Assembly: GCA_043228905.1 (NCBI GenBank)
Contig: JBHGNT010000013.1
Span: forward strand, 1,922,001 to 1,986,000
DNA: 64,000 bases
Reading direction: 5' to 3'
Source: Azolla caroliniana
Taxonomy: Eukaryota; Plantae; Polypodiophyta
Below are positions 60,473 through 64,000 of the stretch, piece by piece (within the stretch, counting starts at the first letter, position 1; each line of letters opens with the position of its first letter). Made by a program: the position numbers and the translations under genes. Under the pieces are notes generated by a model, which did no database searches, had not been told where the DNA came from, and saw only the letters and a program-made list of their open reading frames with translations.

Positions 60473-60544
60473 GGGGCGTTGCGAGAATCAAACTCGCGGC
60501 CTCTCACACCCAAAGAGAAAATCATACCACTAGACCAAACGCCC
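60473..60544 (-). pseudogene. tRNA-Pro(TGG) pseudogene copy
   Basis: Paralogue of 39099-39170 with three substitutions that disrupt the anticodon stem. Confidence 0.85.
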
Positions 60545-61775
60545 ATTGATGAGAATGTCATAATGATTTTATTTAATATTTGTGTCTTTATACATGACTC
60601 TACTCTAAACTCCTTTCTACGTATTAATTTTAGAAGAGCCCCTTTTCTACGTTCTACATTTATTGCACATATTGATAGAGATTTATATAAACCCTATTTT
60701 ACATTATAGCTTGATGAACTACCAATAATACATCTAGGCTATGTAAGATTTAGTTTTGGCTGACTAAGGACCTTACGGTTTGGTAACGTTAAGTTTTACG
60801 CATTTTAAGACATACTAGAACCTTGCTAATAATTAGACAATGTAAGAAATAGTGAGTATTTCCTTCCGATTGAAATCAGCAAGAAAAGAAATTATTTGTC
60901 ATTGCGTATTTAGGATTGATACACAAGATAAACCCAATCACTACTCTCCAAATAAAGATATTTGCTTGACATTCTAGAACTTACACTTTGTTGCCTAACT
61001 CTATCTTTCATCACACTGGTTCGGCTATGACATTTATTACCCTAGTGACGAAGGGTGCATATGTGTCTATCCTTGATTCCATGAGGGTCGATGTGTACAC
61101 GTGGTATTGACCACTCCCTATAATCATCCTACTTTTATTACGAGTGTAGTTACCTCATACTGAGTTGTTGTGGGTTAAATCACGTGAGAAAGAGGGAGAG
61201 GATTGAAAACATTCAACTCTACGACTCCTAAGGGATACACTATTCTACATCGAGACTCTGTAGTGTGGCAACCTCTAGTTGACAATCTCTTGAGTCCTTT
61301 CGGCTACCAAGGTACAACCCTCATATGTCTGCCATGGTATAGGACACCAATGGTCATGTGGGCCCATCTCTCACCATTGGTAGGGGATGGTTGGGCGAAC
61401 ATAGACTCTCTTTCTAACCTTGTCTTGAATTATTATTCTCATCTTTTACTTATATTGTGGTGGTCACATGGACCACACCTAGATTAGGCCCCTACCAATC
61501 CCCATGCACCACACATAGACCACACCCAAATTAGGCCCCTACCAAGCCTCATGCACCACACCCAAACAAGGCCCCCACCAAGCCCCATAATTAGTAGAGC
61601 TAATTGGAGCAGGAGAACTCCCTCCACGCTAAGAGAGAGTCTATAAAATGTAACTTGAGACATAATGAAAAGGGGGGCTATTCTTGAGAGCATTTCACAT
61701 CTTGAGCATTTCACATCTTGGTGGAGAAGACGGGCCAAGCCACCCCAACTCACGACCCCAACAACGCCCGCCACG

Positions 61776-62726
61776 ATGCAACACGACAACAACGACGGCA
61801 ACGCAAACTTGATGAATCCGGAATTCCTACAACACAATCAAGGACACCAGCGCACATCGCCAATCGACCAACTGGTTCAAGGTCTGTCCAACATCATTTT
61901 ACAAGTTAACCATACTAACCAAGCCATGTTGTCCTTTCTTTCAGCACGATCCGAGCCACAACAAAATCTCCCGGACTCTCGAGTTCGCCCAAAACCGTTC
62001 TCCGGCCTACCATCGGAAGACGTCCTCTCTTGGCTGGATCATTTCGAAATGGTGGCCAGTTACCACCAGTGGCCACACCCTCGGAAGGCAATGGAGATGA
62101 AGACACTCCTCGAGAATATCGCGGCAACATGGCTTGTACAACAACCCGAAGAGACACGCAACGACTGGGATCTGTTACGGGCAGCCATGATTCGGAATTT
62201 TTCTCATCAAGACTCCCGCCAGACGGCCCTACAACAACTTGAGTCAATTACCCAACAACCACGCGAACCCATCACCCAGTTCGCGGTTCGTTTTGTGCAG
62301 ATCCTACGCCGGGCTGACGCCAACATGTCGGAGGACATGAAGTTGTTTTTTTTCTGGCCGCGTATACGACATGACCTCCGCCGCCGTGTACGCGATCAAG
62401 GCCCGACGACACTACATGAAGCCATCCTCACTGCCCAACGCATCGAAGCTATAGACGCACACGACATGCACACACCAGGTAATCTCAGTCATGATCATAC
62501 AAACACTATACCAGCCGTCACTCCCATGGACATCGACATCCAGAACGCGCAATTACGTGCCAAGCGTGCATTGCCCGAACGAGACAGCCAGGGACGCCCC
62601 AAATGTTTCTACTGCAACAACTATGGCCACATTTGGCGTCACTGCCGAAAGTGGCAGAATCACCAACAGAAGCAGAACGTCCAATTGGCTGACGCTGCCT
62701 CCCTCTCTGAGCTCCCGGAAAACTAA
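61776..62726 (+). CDS. Gag with a CCHC-like knuckle
   Basis: PKPFSG...WLDHFE, PMDID and CFYCNNYGHIWRHC motifs. Confidence 0.9.
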   Translation: MQHDNNDGNANLMNPEFLQHNQGHQRTSPIDQLVQGLSNIILQVNHTNQAMLSFLSARSEPQQNLPDSRVRPKPFSGLPSEDVLSWLDHFEMVASYHQWPHPRKAMEMKTLLENIAATWLVQQPEETRNDWDLLRAAMIRNFSHQDSRQTALQQLESITQQPREPITQFAVRFVQILRRADANMSEDMKLFFFWPRIRHDLRRRVRDQGPTTLHEAILTAQRIEAIDAHDMHTPGNLSHDHTNTIPAVTPMDIDIQNAQLRAKRALPERDSQGRPKCFYCNNYGHIWRHCRKWQNHQQKQNVQLADAASLSELPEN

Positions 62727-64000
62727 TGCGCGGGGTGCCGCAGGGAGAGCCGCCCCCGCACGTCCACGTCTCCACGTCCTCAACTTCTCCCGTTTCTCCC
62801 ACGATCGAGCCGCCCCCGCATGTCCACGCCTCCACTTCATCAACTTCGCCCGTTTGTACCACAATCGCCCGCCTCCAGCACACGACCCAAGAAGTTCTCC
62901 TCGACTCTGGCAGCAGCATCTCTTCCATCAACGCAGATTTAGTCACCCAATTACAACTGCCCACGAGCCATGCACCGCCCATTAAAATCCTCTTCGGCGA
63001 CCAACAACGGGTGTACCACTCACATACGCAAGTCAAGTGCATGCTCACCATTAGTTCCGCCCAGATCCACCATTGTTTCTACGTCCTCCCGCGCCAGTTG
63101 TTCCCAATCACCTTGGGATGTGATTGGTTCCTCCATAGTCGAGCCTGTCTCGATTTCTCCGCACAACAGCTCATCCTCCCAAATCACATTCCGATCGCGC
63201 TCTTCACTACTCCGCGGGATACCACCCACATCAGCAACACAAAGTACCTGATATCACCGGCGGAGCGCATCAACGACATCCGACGGCTCCTCGCCACCTT
63301 TCCCTCGTTGTCTACACCACCTGCAAAACCTCCCTCTGTCCGTTTTCCGATTCACCACACGATTCCTACAGGCAACGCCCGCCCCATCAACGCAGCTCCC
63401 CGACGTCGCTCGCCTCTCGACCACGAGCGCATCGACAATGCCGTCAAAACTATGCTCCAACAAGTGATTATCACACCTTCCAAGAGCGAGTGGATCTCGG
63501 AGCCACACATGGTAAAGAAAGGGGATGGTTCTTACCGCTTTTGTGTCGACTTCCGACAACTGAACCATGTCACCACCCATGACCGATACCCTCTCCCTCG
63601 TATCGATGACCTCCTCGACCAGCTTGGCAAATCAAAGTACTTCACCTCCCTCGATCTAGCCTCGGGATATTGGCAGATCCCGATGAATCCTCACGATGCC
63701 CACAAAACTGCATTCTGCACTAGGAAAGACATTTTTCAGTTCACACGGATGCCCTTTGGCCTATCTGATGCGGGGAGCACATTCCAGCGAATGGCTAATG
63801 CCATCTTCGATGATCTCATCACCCGCCGTGTCGTCATCGTCTATCTAGACGATATTCTGGTACATACAAGCACTTGGGCAGAACACCTTCAAGTCCTTCG
63901 GGAGGTCCTAACTTGTGTTCAACGCTATCGATTGCAGCTGCAATGGAAGAAGTGCCGATGGGGTAGTACGTGCCTCCGCTTCCTTGGGTACGTCATCTCC
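62726..64000 (+). CDS. Pol (protease, RT) in the -1 frame, open to the window end
   Basis: Manual translation gives VLLDSGSS, RFCVDFRQLN, LDLASGYWQI, MPFGL and VYLDDIL with no stop seen. It is absent from the ORF track because it has no stop. Confidence 0.92.
   Translation, partial: MRGVPQGEPPPHVHVSTSSTSPVSPTIEPPPHVHASTSSTSPVCTTIARLQHTTQEVLLDSGSSISSINADLVTQLQLPTSHAPPIKILFGDQQRVYHSHTQVKCMLTISSAQIHHCFYVLPRQLFPITLGCDWFLHSRACLDFSAQQLILPNHIPIALFTTPRDTTHISNTKYLISPAERINDIRRLLATFPSLSTPPAKPPSVRFPIHHTIPTGNARPINAAPRRRSPLDHERIDNAVKTMLQQVIITPSKSEWISEPHMVKKGDGSYRFCVDFRQLNHVTTHDRYPLPRIDDLLDQLGKSKYFTSLDLASGYWQIPMNPHDAHKTAFCTRKDIFQFTRMPFGLSDAGSTFQRMANAIFDDLITRRVVIVYLDDILVHTSTWAEHLQVLREVLTCVQRYRLQLQWKKCRWGSTCLRFLGYVIS

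Larger units (their letters stand above)
61456..64000 (+). mobile_element. Ty3/gypsy element: short 5' LTR (61456-61715), Ala-type PBS, gag and pol running off the window
   Basis: TGTGGTGG...TTCACA; PBS TGGTGGAGAAGACGGGC; empty site in the paralogue near 40875. Confidence 0.9.

Overview
This 64 kb window is plant-type heterochromatin made almost entirely of nested, partly decayed retroelements. The element types suggest a non-seed land plant such as a fern or lycophyte (inference). No host protein-coding gene is recognisable. Contents: Ty1/copia elements, including one young full-length copy at 23695-29268; Tcn1/Tf1-like Ty3/gypsy chromoviruses with self-complementary primer sites; a Trp-primed Ty3/gypsy lineage with 4-bp TSDs and two Gag-only non-autonomous partners; two LINE types; a 2.5-kb tandem repeat with a coiled-coil ORF; and two tRNA-Pro(TGG) copies. 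Matching split TSDs reveal an inversion (about 10.6-15.8 kb) and a large head-to-tail segmental repeat (21.4-41.1 kb versus 41.2-61.5 kb). The most unusual pattern is in the LTRs. Five otherwise dissimilar gypsy-type LTR families each carry an outward-facing (antisense) tRNA-type Pol III A-box/B-box cassette near the start of U3. The cassette spans 54-55 nt, versus 54 nt in the tRNA-Pro gene in this window. Family labels A-H are my own. All coordinates were read by eye.
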